Assembly: GCF_001194135.2 (NCBI RefSeq)
Contig: NC_068991.1
Span: 75,422,625-75,486,614 of the forward strand
Direction of reading: 5' to 3'
Length of the DNA: 63,990 nucleotides
Source: Octopus bimaculoides
Lineage: Eukaryota
In this document: piece by piece, positions 1-13,599 of the stretch
Numbering within the stretch: the stretch's first letter is position 1
Layout: each line of letters starts with the position of its first letter
Notes under the pieces: model-generated
What the model was told of the DNA's origin: nothing
The model's input: the letters and a program-made list of their open reading frames with translations, nothing else
Database searches by the model: none
Made by a program: the position numbers and the translations under genes

Positions 1-902
1 TATATAAGTATATGCATATATATGTACATGTATGTACATACCTTCATCTACATGTACATATAAATACATAACTGGGTACATGGCGTGGCAAAAGAACATG
101 GACAAAATGATAAACAAGGTACAACAAACAAACAGGCCACATAGAGAACATATCCTTCATCAGCTGCCACCATAAAAACACCGGCGTTTCGAAGAATTAA
201 GGCAGTACGCATCGTTAAAATGGTTCTTCCCACGAACACAAATAAAAGTTTTTTCGTGGAGGATAGTGGCGGAATACTGTTTTGAAATACTGAAACCGGA
301 AGCAGATAAAGCTCTAAATAATAACGTATAAATATTAGGTTAAAAAATACTTTGGATAAATAAGTCGAAAGCAGATGACACTTTAGTTTCACTATAGTCA
401 AGTGTTCTGTATAAGCCAGTAAGAAGTTAATATCCTGTGAGACATCTCGTGGAGCTAGTTAAACAGAAGACATTTTCATCTTAGATTCTCCATCGCCATG
501 AGTAGGATTTTAGCCAATCAGCACCTGCGTTTGAGTAATTTTCTTGATATCAAAAAAGTGTAATTATTTTTATTTCCATGCTACATTAAATCGAGACCAG
601 ACACATCTTTCTATCTCGCACCGGTAGCTATGGCAAAGCCATCATATTCTTTTCCATTTGTCTAGCGGTTAGCTTTTTACTTTAACCTCGTTGAAATAAC
701 TTCTACTTGTCTCAAAACACATCCGCTGTCTGTTTTGCTTCTCTCTCTGGCTGTCTTATAAAATCTAGTCACCCACATTTGACTCTTCAACGCACATTCC
801 CCCACTCACACCAACAGTTCCTACACACATTGTAATGATCTTTTCCTTTTTTGACCATTTTATTTTGACTGTAATATTGATTTGTAATATTTTAGATGTA
901 AT

Positions 903-1210
903 ATTACATCGACCTAGTGCTCAACTGGTACTCATTTTACCGACCTCGAAAGGATGAAAGGCAAAGTCGACCTCGGCGGAATTTGAACTCTGTACGTAAA
1001 GATGAACGAAATGTCGCTAAGAATTTTTCCGGCGTGCTAATGATTCTTTTCTACTCTAGGCAAAAGACCCGAAATTTTGGGGGAGTGGGCCATTCGATTA
1101 GATTGACCCCAGTACGCAGCTGAAAGAACGAAAGGCAAAGTCAACCTCGGCAGAATTTGAACTCAGAACATAAAGACAGACGTGCTAACGTTTCTGCCAG
1201 CTCGCCGCCT
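903..1210 (-). mobile_element. Two fused copies of SINE family A (tRNA-like head GGCGGCGAGCTGGCAGAA, central GCCTTTCATCCTTTCGGGGTCGAT motif)
   Basis: Reverse complement matches about 20 other copies in the window; B-box-like GAGTTCAAATTC; tail-to-head junction near 1046. Confidence 0.85.
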
Positions 1211-1239
1211 AAAGAGACTAATTATATTATAGCATTATG

Positions 1240-1390
1240 TTCTCATTCCGGATTCAAATCCCGCTAACGTCAACTTTAAATTTCACCCTTCCGGGGTCAT
1301 TAAAGAAGTACCATTCAAATACTGGATCGATGGTAACGACTGAACCAACATCTAAACATTGCTGGCTTTTTGCCTAAATTCGAAGAATAA
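1240..1390 (+). mobile_element. Degenerate SINE family A fragment
   Basis: ggattcaaatcccgc...cacccttccggggtc...aagtacca...actggatcgat. Confidence 0.6.
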
Positions 1391-1844
1391 TCGAGTTATA
1401 AATTGTAATCTCAAAAACAGAATATAAACAAAATTGAACATTAAGAAAAAGTGTCAATATTACATTAAAACAACAAGTTTTAAACTTTTGTATTTCGTAT
1501 AAAATAATGGATGAGAAAAACAGAATTTTCTAATTCTATTTTACTAAAATTAAATAGAAAATACTTATCAATTAACGATAATTAAGTAATGAGGTGGGTA
1601 TTATGTAACGCGAGTTATTACTTAATGGAAGATAATAATGACAACAATAGCCCTCATGATGCAGAATAAATAGAAAACAATGTAAGTTAATTTTTTTAAT
1701 ATACAACCAATAATATAAACAGCCGTATGAAAAAGCACGTTCTAAAAGACGCTAAGAGTGGCTGGATAATGGAAGGCGAAGAAACGTTAATAAATGAATA
1801 CAATACGAAACGGATAAAACAATTTCACATACATACATACATGC

Positions 1845-1879
1845 ACACATGTGTATGTATGTAAGTGTGTGTGTATGTG

Positions 1880-1937
<58 letters not shown>

Positions 1938-2075
1938 TGTGTTTGTGGTGGATGTGTGTGCCTGTGTATAGCTGTATGGGGTGTATAGGTGCGTGACAAT
2001 TTGTATTTCCGTATTTACATTGCTGAGTATGTGTATGTATATGCATGTACGTAAGTATATATATATATATATATT

Positions 2076-2113
<38 letters not shown>

Positions 2114-2280
2114 TCATGCATATATACATACATACATGCGCATGCACACTTATACAAACACACATATGTATGCATACATGATTAGATACATAGCTACGTG
2201 TATATATATGCTAGTATATACATATACTCAGATACTCACGTGTGCGACTGCGTGTAGGCGCGAATTATAGACACGCACAA
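1845..2280. repeat. (TA)n/(TG)n/(CA)n compound microsatellite
   Basis: Seen directly; source of the YIYIYI-type ORFs. Confidence 0.95.
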
Positions 2281-3011
2281 ACACACATACATACACACAT
2301 ATAGATATACGCAGATGACAATCTTATGCACTATTCAGTATACACATTCTCAACAAAGCCGAAACGCGTCTGTCTCAGTTAGCAATTACTACGGCGACAA
2401 CGTTCGTCTTTATCCGACATACATTGTTTTCAACAAACATTTATGAAGAGATTTTATCTCACACAATTCCACAGCATCATGTTGTCTAACAGTGCGCATA
2501 CATTTCGTATGATACACAGATGCTGGTTATATGTGTGTGAGTATTGGTTCAAAATCAAGGACGACTTTTTAAATTCTAAATTTATTCGAAACTAAAACAC
2601 CGAATTACGATTAAAATGTGCTTAAATGATTATGACCATATTATACTGACGAGTAGAAGTTGTATAATACTGCAATAACTACAAAATCATGATCTATAAT
2701 TTAGTTTGTATTTAAGGAGCTAGCTTTGAGAGTTGCATTTCCTCGCGTTCGGTAAAAATGTGTTTATTATGGTAGTTTGACCTTAGAGTCCTTCTTAGCG
2801 TGAGGCATTCATGTATAGTAATGCCCTTATATAAATAAATATATTTTGGGGAATAAATGATGGATTTTTCCCTTATGAGGTTTTTTTCACGCTAGCTACT
2901 TGATAAATTCTTATAAAAGAATTCATCCTATTATTGAATTAATTAAACAAATATATGTTACTTTACATAAAATGTATGTGTTAATTCTATTTCCAAAAAG
3001 CATATTTTGCT

Positions 3012-3905
3012 TTAAAGTAGTATCTCTTTGTAGACACAATTTTCAGTAATCAAAGTTTTTTTCCATTTCTCACAGCCAAAATTTATTACATTAGCTTTAT
3101 TTCGAACTCTGGATAATGCAACATACAGCTGACCATGTGAGAAGAAATGTGTCGGAAGATATATTCCAATTTGTTCAAAAAGCTGTCCCTGTGTCTTGTT
3201 GCACGTCAAGGCAAAAGCTGGCTTCACAGGAAATGATTTGCATGTAAATGTAAATGCAAATTCCATTTCTTGAGATACATGTGGTATTTTTGGGAATAAC
3301 AGAGTTGATCCTGCATAAGGACCAGAAGCAACCTCAGTCTCAACGACATGATCATGGAAACTGACAATGATGTACTGTGTGCCATTCCAATGTCCATTAG
3401 TAGCATCTAAATATCTCAGGAGCATTATGCATCGTTTGTCCTACAGTTTGAGAATGTGTGGTGGAAACCCTGATGGTGTAAGTTTATTGATGAACTCAAT
3501 TGGGTACAGAGTTTCATTATCAACTGTATCTGAGCTTCTGTATATTTTTAGCTCACCAGGGATCCTGGTCAACAGGAAATCATTCACAAATTGTGCTGCT
3601 TCATTTGTTGGAGTAGCAATGGTTCTATTTGCAAGCCACAAAGGGTTTGTGGAAGTTATTTTTGAGGTCAGCATATACAAAATCACAAAGATCTGAAAGA
3701 GAACCACTTTCAAAGCAAGGATCGTTGGGTAATTCAACAGAAATGTTACCATTTCCTACATCAAGAGGGTAATTAGAAAACTCTCTTTCATCAAAATGAC
3801 CTTCTGTAAGAAGTCTTAGATTGGTTGTCAACTCCACTACCTCCACATGATCGCAAAGAAAAGATCTCTTTAATGTTGCCCGTGGGCATATGGCGCGAGC
3901 TACTA
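3012..3905 (-). pseudogene. Helitron RepHel C-terminal PIF1-like helicase fragment, with frameshifts and a stop
   Basis: Frames give LKRSFLCDHVEVVELTTNLR, TPTNEAAQFVND, YPIEFINKLTPSGFPPHILKL, NGTQYII and FPVKPAFALTCNKTQGQ...FSHGQLYVALSRV (helicase motifs IV-VI). Confidence 0.92.
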
Positions 3906-3959
3906 ACCCCAATATTCCGAGTTCGGTTCCAGGCAGTGACCTGGCTACTACTACTACTA

Positions 3960-4150
3960 CTACTAATAATAATAATAATAACATCGAAAAATACCTTAGG
4001 AATGAGTACCCAGGTTCGAAATTTCCCTTAGACACTTGATGAAGGCTGGAGGGTATATCAGCTGAAACGTTGTGTTAACAACAAACAAAAGAGGACAAAT
4101 ATCCATCAAAAGTAAATAATGTACATAATTCCTCATCTCTTAAATATAGA
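3960..4150 (+). mobile_element. Short Penelope-associated repeat carrying a minimal hammerhead-like motif (4031-4076)
   Basis: gacac-TTGATGA-a-ggctg/cagct stem II-GAAA-CGT-T-gtgtt; stem I pairs; AACGTT palindrome replaces stem III; preceded by (TAA)n. Confidence 0.65.
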
Positions 4151-4384
4151 ACTGTTTCTGTGTATATTCAAGCGTCTGTTTCAGTCACTTTGCCCTGGTT
4201 TCATGTGATTCAGTTGCCCATATTTCTCTCTGCCGTTGTGCTTTTGCTGCTAAAATTCTCTTTCAGTCACATATTATATATAAATGAAAGCTCATTAAAA
4301 ACTATGTTGTTTAGAGTGCTAAAAATAGCAGCGATTACATACCTATTATTGTAAGGCCTACCGTGCTCCAAGTAGCCATACCAA

Positions 4385-4681
4385 CAAAATCACTTCTACA
4401 TTAAAAAAAAAAAAAGATCATACTGGTATATTAAAGAATTTTCATTTTATCAAAATTATTCATTTAACAAACTCCAGAAACTGACAGTATTCTGGAAATT
4501 GTGCCTCGTATCAAAGTTATACAACAATTTTGTGTAATAGCATGCATTCATTCAACACAAAATCACTTAAAAATTATATCGGTATATCAAAAAATTTTCA
4601 TTTTATCAAAAATATTCATTCAGCAAACTCCGGAAACTGATAATATTCTTGAAATTGTGTCTCGTATCAAAGTTATATAGC
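4385..4681. repeat. Diverged tandem duplication, period about 173 bp
   Basis: caaaatcactt...ttttcattttatcaaaa...ctcgtatcaaagttata at 4385-4525 and 4558-4681. Confidence 0.9.
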
Positions 4682-4805
4682 TATTATTAAATTATCGTTA
4701 ATGAAAATAGAGGCGACCGAGAATGAGAGACTGTTGCAAATAAAAACGTAAAATGTTGCCTACAACGAATTAATAGTGTTTATTATCAAACATTAAAATC
4801 TACTC

Positions 4806-4885
4806 CGCAGTGAATGCAATGAATATTTAAATTTATGAAGAATTCAACGCGGTGAATACAATGAATATTTAAATTTATGAGAATT
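4806..4885. repeat. 42-bp tandem duplication
   Basis: cgc(a/g)gtgaat(g/a)caatgaatatttaaatttatga occurs twice. Confidence 0.9.
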
Positions 4886-5214
4886 TGGAGTTAGAAAAAT
4901 TCAATTAACTTCAGAAATCGAAATTATAGGCAATTTCTTAGAACATGAATTTATAAAACTATTTCCAGACGGTCAAGCTTTTAATATCGTCTGCTTTTAA
5001 TATTTTTAGTAATTGTTACATGCCTAATTTATAAGCAGCTTTCTCCATTAAAGTACAGATTCTTGCAATTTCGTCTTTTAGTACTCTGTACTTTTCAATC
5101 ATTTCTAGTTCTCTGCGTGCATCTCTAGGAAATGAAATATTTATGATTTTGGTTTCCTTTCCCCTTTATCTACCACAATAGTATCAGGTCTCTGACCCTC
5201 GATTAGGGAGCCAA

Positions 5215-5522
5215 TGGATGATATCAAATCATCACGAATTTTGAATAAAGAAAACAAGTGATCAAATGTTATATTTAATTGAAATTTAATCACCAATGTA
5301 CTTTCCCTGATTATCTATGACTACCTTCCATCTATTTACAAGCATTTTAATCACTTCAATGTAGAACTCTTTTGGTTTCAAAGCGAAGAACTCTGAAATG
5401 TCAGTTTCGACCTCCTCCTGGCTTGCGAAAGTTATGTCCCCTAAATGATTGTGTAAACTACGAAACAAATGGTAGTCTGGGGGAGTAAGGTCGGAAGTAT
5501 AAGGTGGATGAGGAATTTTTTG
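5215..5522 (-). mobile_element. Mariner transposase 3' fragment
   Basis: HPPYTSDLTPPDYHLFRSL...FY..IKMLVNRWKVVIDNQGKY matches the mariner HPPYSPDLAPSDYHLF C-terminus. Confidence 0.9.
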
Positions 5523-5573
5523 AGAAGGGGGCCAGGCGATTAAATCGACCCCAGTACGCAACTGGTACTTAAT
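5523..5573 (-). mobile_element. SINE family A 3' fragment joined to the mariner fragment
   Basis: gattaaatcgaccccagtacgcaactggtacttaatt. Confidence 0.75.
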
Positions 5574-5579
5574 TCAGCA

Positions 5580-5872
5580 CACATGTCTTTGGTTTCAACG
5601 GCTGCTGTGCGTTACTGGCTTTGAACTGGTTATCATCTGTTTCCCAACATAGAAAAACACTCAACTGGGCACCAGCATCACTTTGATGATGACGTCTTAT
5701 CTGCTGTTGATGACCATTTTGACCAACAGAATAGCTTCTTCACCAATGCGATCCAAGCACTGTAACTACTTATGGAAGGGTGTGGACAGGAAGCGGGAAA
5801 ATGAACTTCATTTGGTCACATTCCATGCGAGTGTCTTGCTAAGCCTATGAACATTTCAGTCGACCCTCATAA
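5580..5872 (+). mobile_element. Second mariner 3' fragment with right terminal inverted repeat
   Basis: GFELV / YHLFPNIEKH...DDDVLSAVDDHFDQQNSFFTNAIQAL; ends gaacatttcagtcgaccctcata. Confidence 0.8.
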
Positions 5873-6319
5873 TTATAAAAATTATTAATATACCTGCATT
5901 TGTTTAATGTTAACATTGAAAAAATCCACATTTTTTATTAAAAATTTGGACCTAGGTTTGCACCCCCTAAGCAAATTTTGTTACTGGGCCACTCTGTGTA
6001 TATACGTATGTATATCACCATCTGTTTATCCTGCACGCTTTTAGATGGCTTGATAGTGTAAAGCTGTCTGAGGTAAAGTCTTTTCAAACTGTTGTTGAAA
6101 ACACAATAAATTACCAATGGCAACTTATTGAGTTGAATGTTGAAGAGATGAAAATTTCGTTACAAAAGTAATATTCTTTATTTAGTGGCATTTAATAGTA
6201 ACAAGATGAAATATATACCAATATGTTCAATAGGTGGGAATTATATAAAGTACAAAGGGTATAGAAATTATATGAAGTATAGGGATGGATTTATCGACTT
6301 GTTTTGATAGCCATGAGTC

Positions 6320-6333
6320 ATGAATGCGAGACG

Positions 6334-6389
<56 letters not shown>

Positions 6390-6790
6390 ATATATATATA
6401 CATATACATATAGATGTATATATATGAATTAAAATATATGTGTATATCTATCTATCTATATGTATGTGTTTATATACATACATATATATGTATATATATA
6501 TGTATATGAATATACATATAAATATATATTTATGTATATATATTTATAAATATATATATGCATATATATATATATAATATGTATATATCTATATATGTAC
6601 ATGCATACATCCATATATATAATACATATACGTATATATATATATATATGAATATACATATAAATATATATTTATGTATACGTATATATATTTATAAATA
6701 TATATATGCACATATATATTATATGTATATATCTATATATGTACATGCATACATGCATACATACATTATATACATATATATATATATACG
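6320..6790. repeat. TA-rich microsatellite block with an internal duplication of about 140 bp
   Basis: tatgaatatacatataaatatatatttatg...gtacatgcatacat repeated at about 6503 and 6647. Confidence 0.85.
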
Positions 6791-7019
6791 AATATATCTG
6801 AAAAACTGCTGAAAAGAAAACTATAATTTAAACTAATAGGCTTACAGCTAACAAGATGATTAAAGATAAGGTAAAAGAAGAAATACAAATCGTAGACGAA
6901 TACATTAAAAGATTCAAGCAAATACATACACTCTCTCACACCTGACAGAAGGTGTCTATCCGTATCCTTATATATCTACGTACACACACCCACACATTCA
7001 CCCACAAACACCTAGATAC

Positions 7020-7025
7020 GCACAT

Positions 7026-7072
<47 letters not shown>

Positions 7073-7096
7073 GATAGAAAAATATATATATGAGTG

Positions 7097-7175
<79 letters not shown>

Positions 7176-7270
7176 GTGTGTGTATATATATGTACATATA
7201 TATGTATAAGCATCTGTTTGTATCTATACATCTATACACACACATGCTTACATATACACATACATACACA
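7020..7270. repeat. (CA)n/(TA)n microsatellites
   Basis: Seen directly. Confidence 0.95.
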
Positions 7271-7787
7271 TATATATTGCCAGATACAAATATACACATA
7301 TGATTGGTTCCATATATTTTACCTACATACTAGTACACACACACACACGCATGCATATACGCATATATACATAAACGCACTAGCACTTACACACCCACAC
7401 CTAAACACACTCGCACCCACACACCCGCAAACACCCAAACACATATGTATGTATACGAATCAGAGACGCACACAAAGCTCCCCAGAGATAAACTCATATA
7501 TAAATGTAAAAAATTTCTATTTATAGTTATATACACATATATAAATATGAGAATCAGAGGTAAGGGGAAAGTGTGTAGACTTACAAATAAAAAGAAAATA
7601 AATAATATAAATATTAGAAAAACTAATACAAAAAACACCCCAGAAGAAAATATTTGCAATACTTCTCATAAACAGACACATATGGCGATGCTCCGTATAT
7701 TTACATATATACACCCACACCAGCACCCACGCATAGACACGTAGATATATGGAAATGTAATCAACCATATATGAAAATCCATTGATA

Positions 7788-7996
7788 TTATGGTTTTAAA
7801 GTTTGGCAAAAGGCTAGCGATTTCAAGAGAGGGATTAAGTCGATTACATCGACCACAGTGCTCAACCAGGACTTATCTTATGGCCCCGAAAGAATGAAAA
7901 GCAAAGTGGACACGGCAGAATTTGAACTTAAAGGCGGACAAAATGTCGCTAAGCACTTTTGCCCGGTGTGCTAACGATTCTGCCAGCTCACCGCCT
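7788..7996 (-). mobile_element. SINE family A, near full length
   Basis: ends ...gctaacgattctgccagctcaccgcc; central motif present. Confidence 0.85.
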
Positions 7997-8003
7997 TCAA
8001 ATC

Positions 8004-8061
<58 letters not shown>

Positions 8062-8063
<2 letters not shown>

Positions 8064-8150
8064 GGCTCTAGCCTTTGAAATGTCATCCTCGCTGTATGCA
8101 GCCGTGCATTATCCTGATGGAAGAACGTCTTCCGTCTTGGGACCAAAGAC
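8062..8150 (-). mobile_element. Mariner transposase internal fragment (second catalytic Asp motif)
   Basis: RKTFFHQDNARLHTARMT resembles mariner HQDNARPHTA. Confidence 0.75.
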
Positions 8151-9446
8151 GAAATGGGTGTATCTATGTCAGTATTTTCGTCGGTCCAGTTAATTGTCGC
8201 ACACATCCTTATTTATTTTTATTGTTATGTTGTTCTCAAATATATGTAGGTATATATCAATTTATACACGTATTAATCAACAAAAGCATTATTTACACGA
8301 ATGGCTTTCATTAGCTTACGTAAGTCCTCAGTAGAAATGCGATCAAAATGCAAACTCGCATTGAAACTTATTAAAACGATTTCTCTTGGTCCACCTTAGC
8401 AGAATTACTGTAACAAACACTCTATCATGGCTCCCTTTCACTATGATTAACATTGTTTCATTTCAATTCCTTTATAATTTTGTATTATATATAATGGTGA
8501 CCGTTATTTTCCAGGAAATATATAAATGTCTGCTATTTCCCCTCTGTTATGCCTTCCTCACTCTCATGTTGCTTAGTTTCATTTCGTAGTTCATTGTTTT
8601 TCTACAAAAAATTAGCTCCTTGCTGGCACTTCTGTTTCGCTGTCCGTTTTCACTCACAAATGTGTTCCCCAAATTTTATTTTCTCATTTTCCATTTCATA
8701 TAGAATTTTGCCATCAGTATTTTCCATTTGATGTACAATTTTGTCATCTGTCTTCAAATACTGCATCCGATTTTTAACAATTTCAAAGGCTGCAAATTTT
8801 TTCATTCGTGTGTAATCCTCTTATCGAATCAAACATATGTCCGACTGTACCGAATCAATTTAATTTAATGAATTACATAAGACATAGTGTCTCTACGTGC
8901 GTTGTACATGTGGGCACATAGGTGAGTGTATATATTTGGATATATGTTTATGTATCAGTAAGACTGTGTACATATATACATGTATATAGTTTCATAGGTA
9001 TATATACCTGATTGTATAACTGCGTGTGCGTACGTATATTTATATAGGTGTATGTATGTGTGCCAAGATAAACGGATTTACATGTATGGACATAAGAGGT
9101 ATAAACATGCATTCTATACGCGCGTATGCATGAGTGAACGTATGCATACGTATACCATATCAGTAAAGAAAAACATTTCACACACTTTTGACCCTAGGGC
9201 ATACACGTCTCATGACAGGAGTCCATTAAAACAAAAAATTACCCAGTATACAATAAAACTGAACCTTCGAAAAAATATATATGTCGTAAAATATACACAA
9301 GTAGAATATACATACATATTATATATAAATATATACATATATGCCTATTTTATTTTATGCTTATGTATGTTAGTGAGGGTACAAACATGCATAAATACAT
9401 ATATGCATGCATACATTCACAAATACATACACACGTGTGTGTGTTC

Positions 9447-9483
<37 letters not shown>

Positions 9484-9854
9484 TAGATAGATATATGCAT
9501 CTATCTATCTTTACACGCCAGTATATATGCATCAATGTGTGATCAAACCTAAGTTTGTGCTCGTAGGCGTATATGTGCCTATCTTGTGCATAAACATATG
9601 TATATATAAACAAATATTTCTATATGCAATTGCAGGCAATATATGCATGTGTTGCCGTACACATACATACATCTATCTATCTATTTATATATACATATAT
9701 AAGAATAAAAATGTATAAATGAATATATTATATAAATATATATATGAGTATACATGTTTATATATCAACATATGAATCTATACATATATATATGTACACA
9801 GACATACATGCATGCATATATATATATATATATATATGCACNNNNNNNNNNACA

Positions 9855-9892
<38 letters not shown>

Positions 9893-10172
9893 CATACGTA
9901 CACACATATATGCGTCTGTACGTGTTTGCATCTAGGCATTTTTGGTTGATAAGCATGCATGTTCAGTGTTTTCATATTTTTCTATATATTTTTGCATGCT
10001 TGGTTTGATAGATTTTTGTATGTGTATAGCTGATAGTTTGTTTATAAGATGTGTTGCAACATTTTCTTTAGGTTATTTTATCAGTTTGTGCAATGGATTT
10101 TCATGTACTAAGAAAGCTACACAGTTTTCATCTTGTTTTACAGATAATTTTTATATCTTTCGCCAAGCGTTT

Positions 10173-10174
<2 letters not shown>

Positions 10175-10210
<36 letters not shown>

Positions 10211-10221
10211 ATATATATATA

Positions 10222-10278
<57 letters not shown>

Positions 10279-10558
10279 GTGTGTATATATATATATATAT
10301 ATNNNNNNNNNNNNNNNNNNNNNNNNNNNNNNNNNNNNNNNNNNNNNNNNNNNNNNNNNNNNNNNNNNNNNNNNNNNNNNNNNNNNNNNNNNNNNNNNNN
10401 NNNNNNNNNNNNNNNNNNNNNNNNNNNNNNNNNNNNNNNNNNNNNNNNNNNNNNNNNNNNNNNNNNNNNNNNNNNNNNNNNNNNNNNNNNNNNNNNNNNN
10501 NNNNNNNNNNNNNNNNNNNNNNNNNNNNNNNNNNNNNNNNNNNNNNNNNNNNNNNNNN

Positions 10559-10589
<31 letters not shown>

Positions 10590-10606
10590 ATATATATATA
10601 TATATA

Positions 10607-10645
<39 letters not shown>

Positions 10646-10688
10646 ATATATATATATATATATGTGTGTGTATATATATATATATATA

Positions 10689-10731
<43 letters not shown>

Positions 10732-10760
10732 GTGCGTGTATAATATAAACACACACACAT
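10175..10760. repeat. (TA)nTGTG minisatellite-like array spanning an assembly gap
   Basis: Repeated (ta)n-tgtgtg units on both sides of N 10303-10558. Confidence 0.9.
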
Positions 10761-11754
10761 ACGCATTGTAATGTCATATGTCTTCATATATTTGTTTGTG
10801 CAATTTTTTCTCCTATGTGCATCTATGATTCGTGTTTAGTCTTCTTTTCCCGTTTCTTCAATCGTTCGTCTACGTCACTAAGCGTATCAATTTACATTAT
10901 AGTCTTGTTTTTAACGGCTGTCTGGCGTATATTTTTTGTCTATACATTTAGTGTGTGGTAACCAACATTTGTGTTAAAGAAAATAATGCCAACGAACGCT
11001 TTCCATTAGTTTGACAAAGAACTATTTTGAAACCACAAATAAGTATAATAAAATAAGATATTAAAAACTAAGTGAACAAAAATTCACTTGGGCTCGCTTA
11101 AGCAAATTGACCGCCACTAAAGAAAATCTGTTTATTTATTCTTATACATAGACTGGGCACGTCAGAAATTAGTCTCTCAGTCTACAACACGTGTTTCCTG
11201 TGTGCAACATTATATGATTTGTTAGTTCATGTAAGGAGAAAAACAGAAATATTTTCTTCAAGGAAAAAAAATTCTCATGTAATGTAGTAGCGCTGTGGTT
11301 TATATATTGTTTATAGATAGAAAATATAAAACGCGATGAAAGCAAAGCTTGGACAAGTAAATACTATTGCGGAAAGGAAATAGAGAAGGAGACCATTTCT
11401 AAGAGAAAGTGGCGTCCATGGTTTGAGGAAATATGCAATGCGTATTATTTTGAAATAAAAAATTAAATTAAATTAAAAAAAGAAATGAATCAGTTTTTGA
11501 TCCATGGGCTGTAGCAGTGGTATTTGCTGGAAAGAAATGGAATTTTTACAAAAACAAACTTTTTATAACAATAGGTTTAAGAGGTTAGCAGGCTGTGCTG
11601 AAGCATTATCTATAACAGAAACAGTCTTCATTGGAAAACATTTTTCGTTGAATTCGTCACGTCCATTGGGGACGAATACATCAATGAACTACGCAATAAA
11701 TAAGTTCCTGAAACCCGAGGTACCACCATCATCATCATCATCATTATCATTAAG

Positions 11755-12550
11755 GTGGCAAGCTGGCAGAAACGTTAGCACGCCGGGCGAAATGCCTAGC
11801 GGCATTTCATCTATCTTTACGTTCTGAGTTCAAATTCCACCGAAGTCGACTTTGCCTTTCATCCTTTCAGGATAGATTAATTAAGTACCAATTGCGTGCT
11901 GGTGTCGATCTAATCGATTGGCCCACTCACCCAAAATTTCGGGTCCTGTGCCTAGAGTAGAAAAAAAAATTTATGAGTTCAAATTCTGCCGAGGTCGACT
12001 TTGCCTTTTATCCTTTCGGGATCGATAAATTAAGTACCAGTCGCGTACTTGGGTCGATCTAATCGACTGGACCCATCCAACAAAATTTCGGGTCTTGTGC
12101 CGAGAGTAGAAAAGAATCGTTAGCACGCCGGGTAAAATGTTTAGCTGTACTTTGCCTGTTACTACTTTCTGTGTCCAAATTCGGTTTTTACCTTTCATCC
12201 TTTCGGAGTGGATAAGGTAAGTACCAGTTGGACACTGGGGTCGATGTAATCGACTCATCCCCACATCCCCCAAGCTGTCCTGTGGCAAAAATTTGAAATA
12301 ATAATTATTATTATTGGTAAGGTGGTGAGCTGGCAGAGTCATTAGCACGCTGGACGAAATACTTAGTGATATTTCGCCTGTCACGATGTTCTGAGTTCAA
12401 ATTCTGCCGGGGTCGACTTTGCTTTTTATCCTCTCAGAATCGATAAAATAGATACCAGTTGAATACTGGATCGATGTAATCGATTTATCCCTTCCCTTCG
12501 AACTTACTGGCCTTGTGCCTTTTGTAGAAAGGATTATTATTATGATTATC
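11755..12550 (+). mobile_element. Four same-orientation tandem SINE family A copies
   Basis: Starts at about 11755, 11975, 12116 and 12320; two different 3' tails. Confidence 0.88.
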
Positions 12551-13099
12551 ACTAACATTATCCTCATTATTATTATCATATTGAAGTAGAAACGAAAAAT
12601 AAGCTCAAAAGTGCATCAGTACTTAAAGGTATATGTCGGTTCAATAATAATAATAATAATTCCCCGTTCATCAATGAGATGGAAAATCTCATTGTCAAGT
12701 AAATCATATATATACAATTTTTTATTGATTGTGTGAGTAAAGCTTTATTTATGAATGGTTTTATGAGCAACTTGAAAGGGAAACTTTTATTACCAGTACT
12801 GACGATGATGCAACACCAGGAGAATTTTAAAGCTGTCAAGAATTCGTTCGAGTGTTAGAATATAGAAAAAAAAAATAGAAAGAAAGGAAGAAAGAAAAAA
12901 TCGTTAGGCTACTTTCGGTTTTGTGATGCCTTGCGAAGTTGCCAGCTCTGGAACAATCGCTGCAGTAAAATACAGATTTTATGAGCTTGTAAAGCAGATT
13001 TTAAAGTGCAATAGAACAGTTTACTTTTGGGAGTAAAACATTTAATATAGGAGGAGACTAAACCAGTTATACATTGTCAATGAAGGATAAACTAATATT

Positions 13100-13318
13100 T
13101 ATTTATTTATTGCCCACAAGGGGCTAAACATAGAGGGGACAAACAAGGAAAAACAAAGGGATTAAGTCGATTACATCGACCCCAGACTGGTGCTTATTTA
13201 ATCGACCCTCAAAAGGCAAAGTCGACCTCGGAGGAATTTGAATTCAGAACGTAGCGGCAGACGAAATACCGCGAAGCATTTCACCCGGCGTGCTAACGTT
13301 TCTGACAACTCGCTGTCT
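13100..13318 (-). mobile_element. Full SINE family A copy with a 17-bp target-site duplication
   Basis: aaggataaactaatatt at 13083-13099 and 13319-13335. Confidence 0.92.
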
Positions 13319-13351
13319 AAGGATAAACTAATATTGTTCTATATTTAAGAG

Positions 13352-13565
13352 GGGTTACACACAGAGGGGACAAACAAGGACAGACAAACGGATTAAGTCG
13401 ATTATATCGACACCAGTGCGTAACTGGTACTTATTTGATCGACTCCGAAAGGATGAAAGGCAAAGTCGACCTCGGCGGAATGTGAACTCAGAAGGTAACG
13501 GCAGACGAAATATTACTAAGTATTTCGTCCGGCGTGCTAAAGATTTCTGCCAGCTCGCTGCCTTC
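13352..13565 (-). mobile_element. SINE family A copy
   Basis: Same head, central motif and gggacaaacaaggacagac tail as the neighbouring copy. Confidence 0.88.
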
Positions 13566-13599
13566 TAGAAACACTTGTATGTGTTTATAAAGCAACGGA

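Noticed and set aside
48-401. 117-aa minus-strand ORF
   Set aside because: No recognisable motif; ends in a microsatellite; length is compatible with chance.
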